64,000 bases of DNA from Antedon mediterranea (Eukaryota; Animalia; Echinodermata): contig NC_092673.1 of assembly GCF_964355755.1 (NCBI RefSeq), positions 17,791,648 to 17,855,647 of the forward strand, read 5' to 3'. Below the pieces are notes generated by a model. That model saw only the letters and a list, made by a program, of their open reading frames with translations, searched no databases and was not told where the DNA came from. The position numbers and the translations under genes were made by a program. Below, one piece after another: positions 39,450-54,300 of the stretch (positions within the stretch are counted from its first letter, which is position 1; the number at the start of each line of letters is the position of its first letter).

Positions 39450-41157
39450 CAGGGCTCGCAGAATCGCTTGCCCGACGTCCCGCGGCAACCAAATAAATAC
39501 GTCGGGCAACTAAAATTTAACATGTCATGTCCCGACGGGCAACCTCTTAAAATCACCGAAAATGTCCACGATGTTTTACAGGGGTTGTGAAATACTGTAA
39601 CAATGAAAATAATAGTCGCGCACGAACGAATTCTCTTGACGTCGAGACCAGTTTAGTGTTTGTTAAGTAAATGTATGGATCGGAATTCGGTGGTATGGAA
39701 CGTTATCTTCAGGAGCCAAAACATGTGTTTCTATGCAGTCGGGCGTATCAAGTCGTTGCGTATGGAGTTTCCAGGTCTGTCATATAGCACGCGGTCTCTT
39801 GCGGCATCCATTGATCGCGAAATAGGAAGCGTTGTCAACTCCCTGGTTGAACTCTCGACTTTTAACTTATTTGAAGTTATTATACCAGGGAGTTTCTAAT
39901 TAACAACTCCCTAGTTATACTATAAACCAAATAAAATAGGAGCTAGTATGTTTTTGTTTTTCTCAATTATTGCCATCATTTTACGGTGGTAATAAAATCT
40001 GAATCTACTACTTATAAGTATTAATTATGTGACCTACAGCGACAGCCTAGATAGTAGATTAGGCCTATGTTTAATTACATTCATGTTATGTATTTTGTGT
40101 GTAATAAATAATTTGCTGAATTACTGTAATTATTGTTCAAATGTACAGTTGCATTGAAAATACAGTATATTATTAAATTATAATAAATACGTAATTTTAA
40201 TTGTCTGTGCCAAATAGGCACCGGGAGTTGGATTCGGCGGCCGATGTTTTTAACACAGGCAAGTAGGCCTACCATTTTTTTTATAAATATTACAGAATAT
40301 AAATTTAATAGGCCTAATAATTTATTTAATAAATACATTGAATACTTAAATAGTTACAGTATATTTTTTATTATCAACATTGAAAATAATACACTTCTTC
40401 GGGTATCGCCGAGAGTTGAACTTTCAAAAACTCCAACTTGGCGGAGCACGTGGTTTTCACCACAATTCGGCACAGTTCCCTTGTGTTGTTTTCAATCACC
40501 AACTTGTGCGAGCAGATGGTTGTTTTTATCCAACCTGTGCGAGCTTCTACTGAAACAACAAGTAAACTTCCACAAGCCCGCACTCTCCACACACCGTACC
40601 CATGTGCTCCTACTACGTACGGCAGCTGCTGTGAGGTTTTAACATCATTTTGAATATCGCAAAATAGCTTGATTTCGGAATTTCATTGCACAATAGAAGG
40701 TAAAAGTTTTTTTGCTCCCAAAGTAAACCCACGTGAATACGCCTTTTTCATTCACGAAACGGAACACATCTTCGATCGATGACAAACAATGCCGTGCAAC
40801 GGAGCGTAACCAACAGAAATAACATAGCGTTTTCAAGGGATTTCAGGACACCATGTTTATTAAACAATCGCAACTCTTGCACGGAGGATCGTATGAGAAA
40901 ATAAATTACTGTAAAATGTTCTTAAAAGATTGGCCTACATCACTGTGTAATTGAAAAAATTTGAAAAATTGTTTTCACTACTTAAAATCCATCGAAAAAA
41001 ACACCACAGTGTATTAGCATAGGCGTTTTTCACCGACGTTTTTCGCGGTGCAGTCGCGGTATAAAACGTTAAAATTAAGTTAAAATAGTGGGCAAGTAAA
41101 AAATGATGAGGGCAACTAAAATCTAAAACCAAATATTTTAGGATTCTGCGAGCCCTG
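39450..41157 (-). mobile_element. hAT5-like DNA transposon, internally deleted
   Basis: TIR cagggctcgcagaatc / gattctgcgagccctg, 5-bp TSD aagtg; minus-strand FTWVYF...FYC at 40645-40836 resembles a decayed TTF zinc finger. Confidence 0.82.
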
Positions 41158-44069
41158 AAGTGTAGTTTCATTTACAACATAATAATGATATTTAAACCTA
41201 TTTTAATGAAATATCCACTTTGGTAATATTTATTATTTTTCAAAAAATCTTAGATATCAAAAATATCCTATAATTTGTTTTATTACATATAGTCTATGTA
41301 AATACATGAACGTGATTGGTTGAAACTGCATCACATGACTACCGCTGCGTGGATCGTAAATCGTATATATCCTCGAGTACGATGATATTGACTGAGTAAT
41401 TTTCCCGTAATTATCGTGTCCCTGTCATTAAACATATAAAACCCAGCAAATTCTCGAGTGCGATGATATTGACTGTAATTTTCGTGTGGCAACACTCGCG
41501 TCATCTACTGGGTCTTGAACTCGCGATGAAATTGTCATTCCATTGCAAGACAACGCCTCATGTACTGCGCCACGGAACTTGCTTGAAGAAATTAATCAAC
41601 TAAACTATTTAAACTATGCATACATACCGCCTTCATTTGTTATTAGTCCTCCCTAGATGTGATGAAAGACCGTTTGTGATTGGTTAATACTCACAGTAGT
41701 AACTCAGTATGCGCGCGACGCGGTGAACATCCGATGATTCGGCACGAAGAAGACAAATTATTATTTATTCGGCCTACCTGATTATAATATTAATGTATAG
41801 GCTTATTGGTGGAAATTCTTCTGTTATTATTTAAACGATCTAGGCTAGTGATTATTTTATTGCCAAGGAATCAGTAATTAGTAATTACTGTATCTGTATA
41901 TTATTCTTCGCAAGGTAAGGTGTCTAGGCAGCTTGTTTACATACAATAAAAAAAGGAGGCCTAGCCTAGCTACCAGACCCAGCAGATATTCTACTTGTTG
42001 TTGGCTATGTAATATAACAGATATCGCCTTTTATATCGGTAAAATATAAGATTTGACATCCATCGGGAATGATATTATGTTCTCGGGGAATTATATATTT
42101 CCCTCAGCTGGTGCTTCGGGAAATATATATTCCCTCGAACATAATATCATTCCCTCTTATATGTTACCTCTAAGCAGGCAATAGCTGTATAATAATGAGT
42201 TAAAAATTATATTATTATTATTGCTTTTAACTTTGATGAAACTGAAAAAAAAATGAAAATATTATGAGGATAATTACAGCATAATTGACAAAGCTAATAT
42301 GCACACGCACTTTTATCAATCATACTTTGACTTTTGACAAGATTGCCTACATTTTTAGTATTACTTTACAATACTTGGTGTTGTATATTCTGCAACAGCC
42401 GCTCCATAATCTTTTCTTCCTTATATCTTTACTCTTATTTTAAAAGTTAATACTAACAAATTTAATTAAATGAATGTATCTAATGATCAAATAACTGTTT
42501 TCTCATCGTAATTTATTTACAAAATGTAAAAAACCATCAACAATTTTTAATAAACATAATGTACTGTACATTATACATCGTACATTCCTATCATAACAAA
42601 CTATTCAAAACTTTCTATTATTTAAAAATCGAAGAAAATCTGGTCTCAGATCCATCCTATATGTGTTTCTCGGAGACTTGGTTATCGGAGGGAAAGTCGG
42701 ATTGAACGTTTTGAGATTTGTGGTTTCCAGTTATTTCGAGGAATTCCCTGCTACAATTGTAAATAATAAGTGCAATGATTTTGCACAATAATAAAGTTAA
42801 ACAGCCTAATTAAATTGCACAAGAGAAGCTGTTGCACAATTTGATACCACAAAAACCTAATGAGGAACATACATAGCCAATCCCATCACTCACTGCACAG
42901 CCGACCACTTTTCTTTCCAAAATTCTCCTCCACAATATTAGTTTGTGTGTGATTTGTATTTATTTCTTCTAGGTTGCATTTGCTATGTATTATTTGTATG
43001 GCATTTGATGGAATAAATGTTTGTTGAATTGAATTGAAGTCCTGGGTGGGCTATTGCACCATTGGTGACCTCTTAAGATCTAAAACTTTGGCATTTCTAC
43101 TATACTAGTAGTACAATAACTCACTGACACTGACAGACTATAGTAATCTACAGTTTAAATTCTGCAGACACAAGTTGGGACTGAAATATTGGAATCTAAC
43201 AATGAGTAATCTAACCAGGCAGTTTTCATGGGTGGTTTATAAGTTGTATTAAAGTCCAGTAATTGTTGTTACAAATAACTACATATCAATATCAATCCAT
43301 GTGTCAAATAACAATTTTTACCCTGGATTTCTGTATAAATGTTATAATGAACTTTGACTTGTATTAATTGAGAATACCTGTTTTTAATCCCACTATCAGA
43401 AAGGATTACATAATCGCAGCCAATAAAAATGTAATTCAAACCAAATTAATAATATGTCTGAGAACTTACTTACAGTAGACAGATTAATTAACAATTGCAA
43501 AATGATTTTTTAAGCATTTTATAGCAATTATTTATAATAAAAACTAGATTTGAACTTGTCATGGTAATGAGTTAGGCTATTGCACAACGCATTGTAACAC
43601 ACACATACTATTATATTAAGCTTTGTCTATAGTAGGCTGCACTACGACAATTGTACGAACAGCATAGCAGTAGGCCTAATCCATTTCAGTCGATCAAAGG
43701 GGTATTTCTACCGTTCAACAGGCGTCAACATTTGACCGTATTAGCATTGTAAACAGTTTAGTTGATGGTTTAGTTTTTATTTTACGCAACTCGCGTTTAT
43801 TTAAACATTTGAATATGATGACTTTTTCAAAATGAAAAATAAATTCATATGTCTGAAAGATACTTGTTTGAGTAAATTGGAAGAAAACTGATAAAAATTA
43901 AGTAAGGAAATAAGATGTTGTAGCTGCTCACAATTAAAATAGTGAGATAGATAGTAGTTTTTGTTTCATTATGCAATGATAAATAAAAAAATAAAATTAA
44001 TGTGATGTGAAGTAAGATTGATGCCCTCCCCATGGATATATTTTTCCCTTCTTGATATACCTTACTAAG

Positions 44070-44244
44070 CAAGGAATAATTTCGCCAGTGTAGCATAGCA
44101 AAAAGCTATACAAAACATCCTTATTGCTACACATTTCTGATATTGTGTAGCAAAAAATACAATACAAAACTATGTTTCTCGACTAAAAAATCAGTTTGAT
44201 TAGCAATATTGCCAAAGAAAATGTTGAAATGAAATTTTTCCCTG
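44070..44244. mobile_element. Second copy of the 34990-35164 MITE
   Basis: Near-identical body tttcgccagtgtagcatagcaaaaagctatacaaaac. Confidence 0.8.
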
Positions 44245-44674
44245 AGACTTACCAATAATTAACCAGTATATAGGCCAATAAATAATATTATAAATACTAT
44301 TATTACAACATAAAATGGCATAGTAGCCTCAACTAAACAACCAGAGCCCCAATTAGCCTTTAGTGAAAATTGTTTTTTATACCTAAACAATTCCTTCAAA
44401 ATACACATTATTATCCTAAAGCCCAAAATATTATTAATTTGCACCCTTTTTTTTATAAAGCTAACATTGTATTATTATTGATAATTGATATTGATATTGA
44501 TAATTTGTGAATCTTTATTTTACAGTTGTAATTCTACATGTTATCCTATTTCTTATAGAATTACTTTACATTTACTTTACCTACTCAATGTGCAAGGCGT
44601 CCTTTAAATTGAGTAAATGGCTCAGCCCAGAGATATATAAAGAGTTACAACATTGAATGATTACATTTACCTAC

Positions 44675-47600
44675 TGTAATATAATGTTGGGTTGTTGAGG
44701 TACCAATGAAAGACTCTGACTCGCTTGACTGTCGTAACACATATATTATTTATTCAGTATAATACTTCAGTACAATATACAACTATAAGTATAGATAAGG
44801 AACGCGGAGGATCAATGATGCTGTCGGTGAGGTGTGGTGTGTGTAGGTCTGCTTCTGGAGAAGTGGTTGTAAGGTGTGTCTGGGCCCTTCTGAAACTTGG
44901 GAGTATATTGGCTCAGTTCATTTGCATAATGTCATTACATCATCTGTGAGGGTAACGATTGGTCCTAAGTTGATCCAGGGGTGTTTAAGTGGGAGTGATT
45001 AACGGTGTCATAAGGTATTTCTGTGATGGATGACACTGTCAAATCTGTACTTAAATAGTGTCGATCACTCCTAGTTTTAACGATGGGAAAGTCACAAAAT
45101 TAAGCTAAGTGTTTTCTTTAGGGACTCTATTATAAACTAAATGGTCATTAAAACATCTGGACAAACTCTCCTTTGGACTTTCTGGGTCAAGTTTGTGAAC
45201 CTATCTGAATTCCGATACAAAGGTCAATTTCTTAAATATAAAAGTATATCCTTATATTACATCCCTCTGTTTCCCTTTTTTTTTTTCTAATCTATTTAAC
45301 ATATAAAAATGGTTATAATAGTAAGTGGCATGCAAAATTAAAGTTATATAAAAGAAAAAAACATTATTATACATATATGCAAAATTGAGTTAGCCAAAAC
45401 CATTGACTCTGAAGTGTAACCTTATCACTTTCACTCTCTCTCTTCTCTCTCTTAAAAAAATGTAATTAAAAATGAATTTGGTATAAAATTCGCGTAAATC
45501 AAACATAAATCAGTTGAAAATAAAAATACAAAACTTATAAATAGTATGTTACATTGAACATACATCAAATTGTGCGACAACTCATCGCGTTCTAATGGTC
45601 TTCAAATATAAATCAATCAAATCAAAACGTAAAATTCAAGAAACTGTGGCTGATTAGCCTAAAATCAAATATCAAACTTAATCACTTAAAACTTTAAAAG
45701 AAACAAATGTGTGTGTCCCGTTGACACAAACTTATCCACAATATATCATTATCGTCACAACTTTATCGATTTAAGCATTTATATTTACAGGTAATTACGA
45801 TTTCAATCAATCGACAAATTCGACTTTTGTACTCAATGTCAAAAAAATTACGATTAAAAGTACTAAGAAAATCTCCTGTTATTGTATATCAATTAATTAA
45901 TGCTTGAGATTAACGACTCAAAGGTTAAACAAAATATTTGTTACAAAATGATTGTCGTTCTTTTTAATATCTCAATATATCGATCATTCAAAATTCAAAA
46001 TTAATCATTATCAAAAAACTCGTTACAAAATCAATACTTAATCATAAATTCAATTCTCTTTTAACTGAAATCACATCATTACTAAACAAATCTCATCAAA
46101 TACGTAGACTATGCTATCATTTAGCAAATGTCGTAATTTAAAAATAATCTTGCAAAAAAAATTTTAAATCAGTAATTTGTTGCATTATACAAACGTTTTA
46201 TGAATCGTTTTGGCGATCCACTTATCGGTATCTGTTTATCTTTAATGATCTCTTTAATCAATTTATCTGTATCGTTATATCTGTCAATATTCCACCAAAA
46301 TTTGCGATCATTAGATTCGTGTTTTGTTTCATCAGTGTTACGTTTGGCTGAAGTCGGTTTAGAATATGAAACTAAAACTTGGAAATGTCCTGCTTTAAAT
46401 CTACCTCGGTTTAATGTCATACTTGAATCATTAGGTGCTGTCATAATTAAATTAGTTTGTTCCTTAATTTGTTCTTCTTTCATTTGGAATGGGGCTGCTA
46501 ATCCCATGTTGTTCTCTACACAGTCAATGTAAGGTTGCAAGTTAAGGGGTTCAAATTTAGTTGGATGTGTAAGGGTATCTGATTGCAATTGGGTTGGTGT
46601 CCTATCATGTTCGTTGACAAATTAAACATTGTTTTCGTTATTTACTACGTTAACGGTGTTCTGAATTTTCTCATTATTATCGGCGGGTTTATTCAACAAT
46701 TATTTTAACAATTAAAAAAACAATTTTAGTGTGTATATATGTAAACTCTCACTATTTCAATCAAGGTTACAAATCAAAATCAAAATGGTTTTGACTTACC
46801 CCAAATGCTTCGGATCCAATTAAAAATGAATTAAAGGAATGCAAAAGTGTTCAAAAATGTCTAAATGTTCAAACAACGAATTAAAAAAATGTTAAAAGTG
46901 CTCATCAATGTTCAAATTTTCAAACAACGAATTAAAAAAAAGTGCGAAAGGTGTTCATCAATGTTCAAAAAAGTAAATGTTAAAAAAAACGATTGAAAAA
47001 AACGGCGTGAAGTTGAAAGTCTCTAAACGAAACAGTTCTTGTCCGCTTGCTTCTGTTTTGATTCTTCTTGGGTCTTCCTCGATTATCTTCTTTGTCTTTA
47101 TCCAATGGTTATAATTTCATAAAATTTCTGCTTGTCTCGATTTCATTCAAATATAATTTCAGCTTGTCTTATGTGTCTTCCTCGATTATCTTTTTTGTCT
47201 TCATCCAATGGTAATAATTTGATCAAATTTCTGCTTGTCTCGATCTCATTCAAATATAATTTCAGCTTGTCTTTTGATTGAGTCAAAGTAAATTTCTCTC
47301 CTTTCAAACAAATATGGTTATTTTTGTCTTCGTCTTCGTCTTCGTGTCTTGTTAAGTGTTTATTTCTTGTTTTCTCACTCCGTTCCTTATGAAATTTGGG
47401 TCTTCCACCATGTAATATAGTGCTGCGTTGTTGAGGTACTAATGAAGGACTCTGACTCGCTTGACTGTCGTAACACATATATTATTTATTCAGTATAATA
47501 CTTCAGTACAATATACAACTATAAGTATAGATAAGGAACGCGGAGGATCAATGATGCTGTCGGTGAGGTGTGGTGTGTGTAGGTCTGCTTCTGGAGAAGT

Positions 47601-47997
47601 GGTTGTAAGGTGTGTCTGGGCCCTTCTGAAACTTGGGAGTATATTGGCTCAGTTCATTTGCATAATGTCATTACATCATCTGTGAGGGTAACGATTGGTC
47701 CTAAGTTGATCCAGGGGTGTTTAAGTGGGAGTGATTAACGGTGTCATAAGGTATTTCTGTGATGGATGACACTGTCAAATCTGTACTTAAATAGTGTCGA
47801 TCACTCCTAGTTTTAACGATGGGAAAGTCACAAAATTAAGCTAAGTGTTTTCTTTAGGGACTCTATTATAAACTAAATGGTCATTAAAACATCTGGACAA
47901 ACTCTCCTTTGGACTTTCTGGGTCAAGTTTGTGAACCTATCTGAATTCCGATACAAAGGTCAATTTCTTAAATATAAAAGTATATCCTTATATTACA
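44675..47997 (-). mobile_element. Non-autonomous LTR retrotransposon (Gypsy-like 4-bp TSD)
   Basis: 587-bp LTRs 44675-45261 and 47411-47997 with tgtaatata...tatattaca ends, TSD ctac, minus-strand PBS-like TGGTGG at 47410, polypurine tract at 45262-45290; no pol motifs seen. Confidence 0.93.
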
Positions 47998-48802
47998 CTA
48001 CTCAACGTGCAAGGTGTCCTTTAAATTGAGTAAATGGCTCTGCTCAGAGATATAAAGAGTTACAACATTGAATGATTAGAAGCCATTTTTGTGTCTAAGA
48101 ACTTGCAAGCTGCATGCATGCTCGTTTATTTTGTACAGTGTTTTCCTGTAGTTCATCCATTATTTTTAGATCTATGAAACAATGCTTAGATGCCGTATTT
48201 TAGTAATTTATTTTATTAATGGTCTTGATTCGGTAGCCTACAGTATATATATTTTTTTTTATAATAAAAAAATAAACGCTACATGCAAGTTCAATCAAAG
48301 CATGATCCAATATAACACGTCATATAACACACAATTCACCTCTCTTTATATATGGCTCTGCGTTTTTGACACAAGCTGCGCCGACAACTTTATTAAATTT
48401 TAGAGACTCATTTATCATTTCATTTGTAATAATTTGCCTTTATTATTTTAATATTGTTCATACCCTTTTCAGTATATTAACAAATATATCCACAACACTT
48501 ATTTTATTTAGTCAGCAAAGCATGCATTATATATTTAAAAATATTACATAGTTATACTGTATATATATTCTGTTGATACAAAATAAAAGGTACGTCTAGT
48601 ACCGCGAATAATTAAAAATCAATCAATCTTATAATGTACTACTAGCACAAGCGCAAATACTTCTGTACACTTTTCACTATTTGCATACTTTACATGATAA
48701 ATATAGTTCCTATCAAATCAGAGGATGATATTTTATTAACAATTTTTTTCACAGAATAAATACGATTGATAATAAGGAAGTTAGTGGTGAAGTTTAACAT
48801 CT

Positions 48803-48827
48803 ATGAACAACATGGCATCTACTAAAG
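48803..48827 (+). CDS. Gene B putative start exon (MNNMASTK)
   Basis: Acceptor ttcacag ending at 48754, ATG, donor AG|gtatta in phase 1. Confidence 0.55.
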
Positions 48828-51319
48828 GTATTATTATCATTATTATTACATTTCTTTACCCAGGGTAGCCCAAACAGTTTAAACTTGTTTTCATTGGTGC
48901 CCAGTATGCAACATTATACATTTTTACAAACTCAGCAGATACTTAGTTATTAAATACAGCAAACAATACACTTACAGAAGTCTCAAATCAACTGGCAAAT
49001 TGTTCCATATATTTGTTCCACTAACACAAAAACTTGTGAGGTAACTCTCCTTTTTAGTAAAAGGGACCTTACGTTTCATAACAGTGGACTGTCTTATTTT
49101 ACTAGTTGTTTAAAGTGCCGTGAATAGGTTTGTCATGCCTATGGGTGTCAAATTGTTGAGACATTTGAAAACGAGAGTGGCTTTTTGTAATACCACTCTT
49201 TTGGGAAAAAGGAAGCCATTTCACTTTTAAAAACATTTCTGATGATGGGATAAGAAAATCGCAGTTTGGAATTAGTCTAGCTGCTCTTTTCATACACTTG
49301 TTAAAGACACCTTCCCTACGTTTTTTAGATCTATTTTAAGATCACAAACTATATTTAATGTAAAAATAATACTATATATGGTCCTATTGCGATAACTTTT
49401 TCGTCTTTAAATGGTTAAAAATGTGAAAAATAAGTCGATTCTAATAATTATAGCGGCCCGCTATAAATCCCAAAATGCATTGCGCACGGATTGATATTTC
49501 TGTTTTTCTTCTGTAATTCACCCACTTTTCGATTGATCGTGAGCCAAAATAAATGGAAGACTCCTAACTTTTCAGCGAAAATACCGGGTTTTCCCCAATT
49601 TGTATTAACGGAGTCTGGCAAAAATAGAAAGACAATTAATGCAGCAACTATACAACATCAGGCTAGGTATGTAGCTAGCGTACGATGTTCGTACGTTACC
49701 GGTGTTTACCAGCTAGGCCTACAAAACTAAGCCTAGGCCTAAAGACCGTCCACGAGAGGTCAGTCGCCGCGAGCTACTTGAGTAGTGCATTGTTTCTCAT
49801 CATAAATCATAATTTACCATAAAACGTACATTTAAGACAAGGAATGACCTGGTTTAATGTTTTTAAAGTAATATATATGTATTATTTTTACAAAACGTCA
49901 CAAATTGTAGGGAAGGTGTCTTTAAGCAAAGTATTATATGTGATATATATCGCCCTCCCCATACTGTACAGCAGTAGTCCAGCGATGGTCTAACTGAGCT
50001 TACATAGAGTATGCGTGGAGGGGGGGGGGGGGGGTGCGGGCACAATACCGTACTCTGCTTAACATACCAAGTTTATATGTAACTGTTTTCATCAATTATT
50101 ACCCCTAGGCATTTACAACGTATTTCTCTAACAAGTACAGTATCAATATTAATATTACAATCTACATTGGAAATTTTTTTTTTGGATCTGATGAGAGCAT
50201 AGATTTAGTCTTTTTAGCATTTATTTTGACATACAGTATAAAATTACCAAACAAATAACAAAAAATAGAATCTCTTGGCAACTGAATTCAAAGTAAAGTT
50301 GTGCATTTGGTCAATTCTTTAGTTACTACCAGATAAACTTTACTTATATGCAGATGAAACCACAATATACATCTTGCATCTCATTTTTATATTATAGAAA
50401 TCTCGGAGGCTGATTTCAGGCAACTGGTGGCTGAAATAGAAAATTGGTATGATCGGAATGGATATCTCACAAGACTGAAACTTTTATACAAAGACCATCT
50501 GCAGTTCGGTAGAGCTAAAACTGTTTGGGATCTACTGAATGATTTATCAGCCTCTGGAAGTTTGAGTTCATCAAACCTTACTATTCTATATGACACAATA
50601 ACGGTAACCAAGCAATTTGGCTTCCAGTCAAATGTTGAGAATCAACCTCCAGAAGATATTAAGGATCATGTAGTATCAATGTTGACACCTTTCAGACAGA
50701 AAGTTTATCAGTTAGGACTACAACTGAAAGAGAGTGATGTATACAAACTAGATGCTTTATATAACACTCCACTGAAGAAATATCAAGACAGCTGGAGTAT
50801 GATAATGGACTTTGAACATAGAGGGATCATTGATGAGGATTCCACAAAGATGGTTCAATTTCTTAGATTTTCAGAAAAAATTGGAATGACAAAGGCTAGA
50901 AGGATTTTTGTTGGTTGGTTTATTTGTTTTTTATTTTGTTTCTTTCAAATCATTGTTCACTGCTTAATAATATTTGCTACATACAGCACAATCAAGTGAG
51001 CGTACTGAACCAATCAAATATTTTAGGCAGATTCAAATTTGTTCATTGGTTTGTTTGGGTTTTTTTGCCAATTTATTGTAACTTAAAAGCACTCCATTGT
51101 CATTCAATCAAATAATTTATTAGTAATTAATTAATACATAATGTATAGGTATTCTATTGACAATTTATTATTACTTTAACATTTATAATGCTTGCTGAAA
51201 TCAATCTGAAGTCATTGTATTGCTTTTAATTCTAATATAGTTTTGATATTGAAACAAGTAATTTCTGTCCAAAATACTGAGACGATGAATGGAGGTTATA
51301 GCTGTAGATGTACTGTATG

Positions 51320-51351
<32 letters not shown>

Positions 51352-54300
51352 GAACTTAATTTACTCAAAGCAAAATTAAACTCATAAAGTCAGTTAATTA
51401 TAGAATAGAAATATATCATTGGGATTAGAATTCCTTTTACCCTTAGCATTATTTTTTAAATATTTTTTATTTCAACAATATTTTACAAGGGTGGTCCATC
51501 CAGCCGAAGCTGATCACTAAGGACCCTCACATAATTGCGTTGCAGAATTTTCTGGGATTTTTTTTTTTTATATAACCTATTCGAAGTGGTGTACTTTTTA
51601 TTAGCAACATTATTAAGTGACGAACTACAAACGAGTCTGTAGTGTTTTTTGGCAAGTTTATAACATAAAAATATTTGGCGGACCTAGGCACAGTCTTTCC
51701 ATATACCAAACCAAAAACGTTGTCTAGCAATTGTGCTGTTGCTATACCACCAGTTTACTGCCTTTCTTGACCTAGTACTATTTTTAGTGGTACCGGTATC
51801 GCAAGAATCATGAATAGCAGCAGAAATTTGTTTTCATAAGTTGTCAATAGAGGACTTTTTTTAATACTGAAAACCCGTAAGGGTCTCATAAGGAATTTGG
51901 CCTGTCCCCTTGTTAAAGCAACGGTTGCAAATAATAGCAGCCTGTTTCACTGCATATGTCCAAAAAGTTTGGAGGAGTCCAGAATCAAGTAATATGCATC
52001 TTCCTATCTCAAAAAAGGTTCTTCCAGCAGTGCCGTTCTGGTGCAAAGAATACCTGCCTTGATGTTGCCATCTTGGTCCCAAAGTGTAACAGTTTTATCC
52101 CCATGCATTAGCACAACACTCCGTTGATGCATGAAACATCAGCAAGTTACATGTAGTTGTTTTTATTCGCTCTTCACTCTTTGTCATCATGGGTGGCACT
52201 ATGATAATAATTACACCATTTGAACAGTTGTGTGTTTTGCTCAGAAATGCATTCACTTTATGTCCACTGCCTCCGCAGTTTGGTTTTGCTCTTGTCAGCA
52301 TCATAATGTTATCAGACAATACATTTTCCTTACTAAATCTTTTTGTTGCGGTTCTTCAATTCTTCTTCGATTTAGTGTGAATGTCATTACTCCTGTACTA
52401 TTCGGTGAGGTTGAATATTTTAAAGCATGAACTTATTCCATACATATGAGCCTATTCACAGACTTAAACCTATTCATAAGTATGAATTCATTCACACAAT
52501 CATGATGAACTTATTTATAAATATAATCTTTTTTTAAATATAAAAACCACTTTATAAGAACACGGATTACATTTTCGATTCATCAAAGGAACATGTATAC
52601 CAGTAAATCTTATTACAAAACATCTTGGATAAATCTCGATGCTCAAAAATAAGTTTCTAAATTTGAAAATAGTGTATGTTACAGTTGCAACAACTAAGAG
52701 AAAACTAAACATATCTATTTTCTTTGGATTCCTATACAATACAAGTACAGTGAGCTTAATGATATTTCTTTATAAATATTTTTACATTTAGTCTAACCGT
52801 TTTAAACATCTTTACAATGTAAAGATATTTTCATACTCATCTTCAATATTACATCGTTCAAAATGATAATTTTCCATTTATACATTTTTTCGTATACAAG
52901 AAATTAAATAATGCAGGAGTTAGCTAATTTCCAAATTTCATTCCAACTCAATTCATACATATCTTTTCCATTTTTCTTAATTTTATGATATACATAATTG
53001 TTTTCATGATCAGTTCTCAATTAATATGTTAGACATCAATACAAATAAATTTTGTTATATATCAGAATATCATAGACATTTGAGAGGCGTTCATTTTCAC
53101 AAGTGGTTGAAAATTTTAGATAGGCCGTGAAAACGAACCCTTCTCCCCTCTAATTTCTACGACATTCTAGCAAAGAATGACAATTTTAGATAGGCCCTAA
53201 AAAACGAACCCCCTCTAATTACTATGATATTCTGATATACTGTATAACTATTTTTTTTTATTAATGTCTAACATAGAGTTGAGAACTGATCGATTATGAA
53301 AAATATTTATGAATTTGAATTGAATTGAAATATATATATACTGGGTAACCTCTTCAGTCAAAGACTGGTCTCCCAGAGGGCCCAGTTGGTGATCAGTGGC
53401 TGTGATGTACTAATACACCGGGGTAACCCCCTACTCGTCTCGAAAGATGTACTAAGTTCTTTAAAGTGCACACGAGCTAGATGTGTACACTGGACCTACG
53501 GTTTATAGTCCTTATCCGAGAAGACTCGTTCTACCACCAGAACCATGGAGTGAGTGAGCCTCGAACCCCTGCCGATGTTATGGCTACGTAATTACGGTTC
53601 CACTGTCTTAACCGCTCGGCCACTCACTCACTCGAATATCACTATAGAACTTTAAAAAAACAGAGGGGACATTCTAGCAAAGGGGGGTTGAAAATTGTTG
53701 ATAGGCCGCATAAAAATGACTGTTAAAGAGAAGATATTAGTAAGCTGTCTCCTAAGGCGTTGTAGTGCTGTTGCATATCGTTCCGCTCTTAAACTATATT
53801 CTGTAATTGATTCATCATACACTTAAGTATTTCCCATGCCTCTTTACCTTTATCTGGAGTGTCACGCATGACAAGCTCCAGGCTCTGATCATCAATGTGG
53901 AGTACAAATTTCTGAGTTCCCTTTCGAATTGGGCGCATCGTCTGTTGGTGTTGCTTTGCCAGTTATTGTGTCTGTTAATTTCATTCCGGCCAGATGGGCT
54001 AGTAGAAATGAGTAGACCATAATTCATAATGTTCTGCTTCTCCGTCAAAATAAAGTTGCTTAGAGCTTGTGATGCTGGGCCCATAACCTGTTGTATCCAG
54101 CTCAGCCATTTTAGGTTAGGTCCTAAGGACACCAACACTCAATCGAAATTAATTGCAAAAATAGTATTTCTATGCTATGTACGCTATGTGCACAAAAGTG
54201 TGTGCGCAGTGCAAACAATTTTGTTATGCTCAAAATGCGAAATTGATTTTGAGTATTTTAAACACACCATTTTTATTTTATAAAAAGGGCATTCCACAGT

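Noticed and set aside
44725-47685. Two identical 74-aa ORFs
   Set aside because: They lie inside the two LTRs
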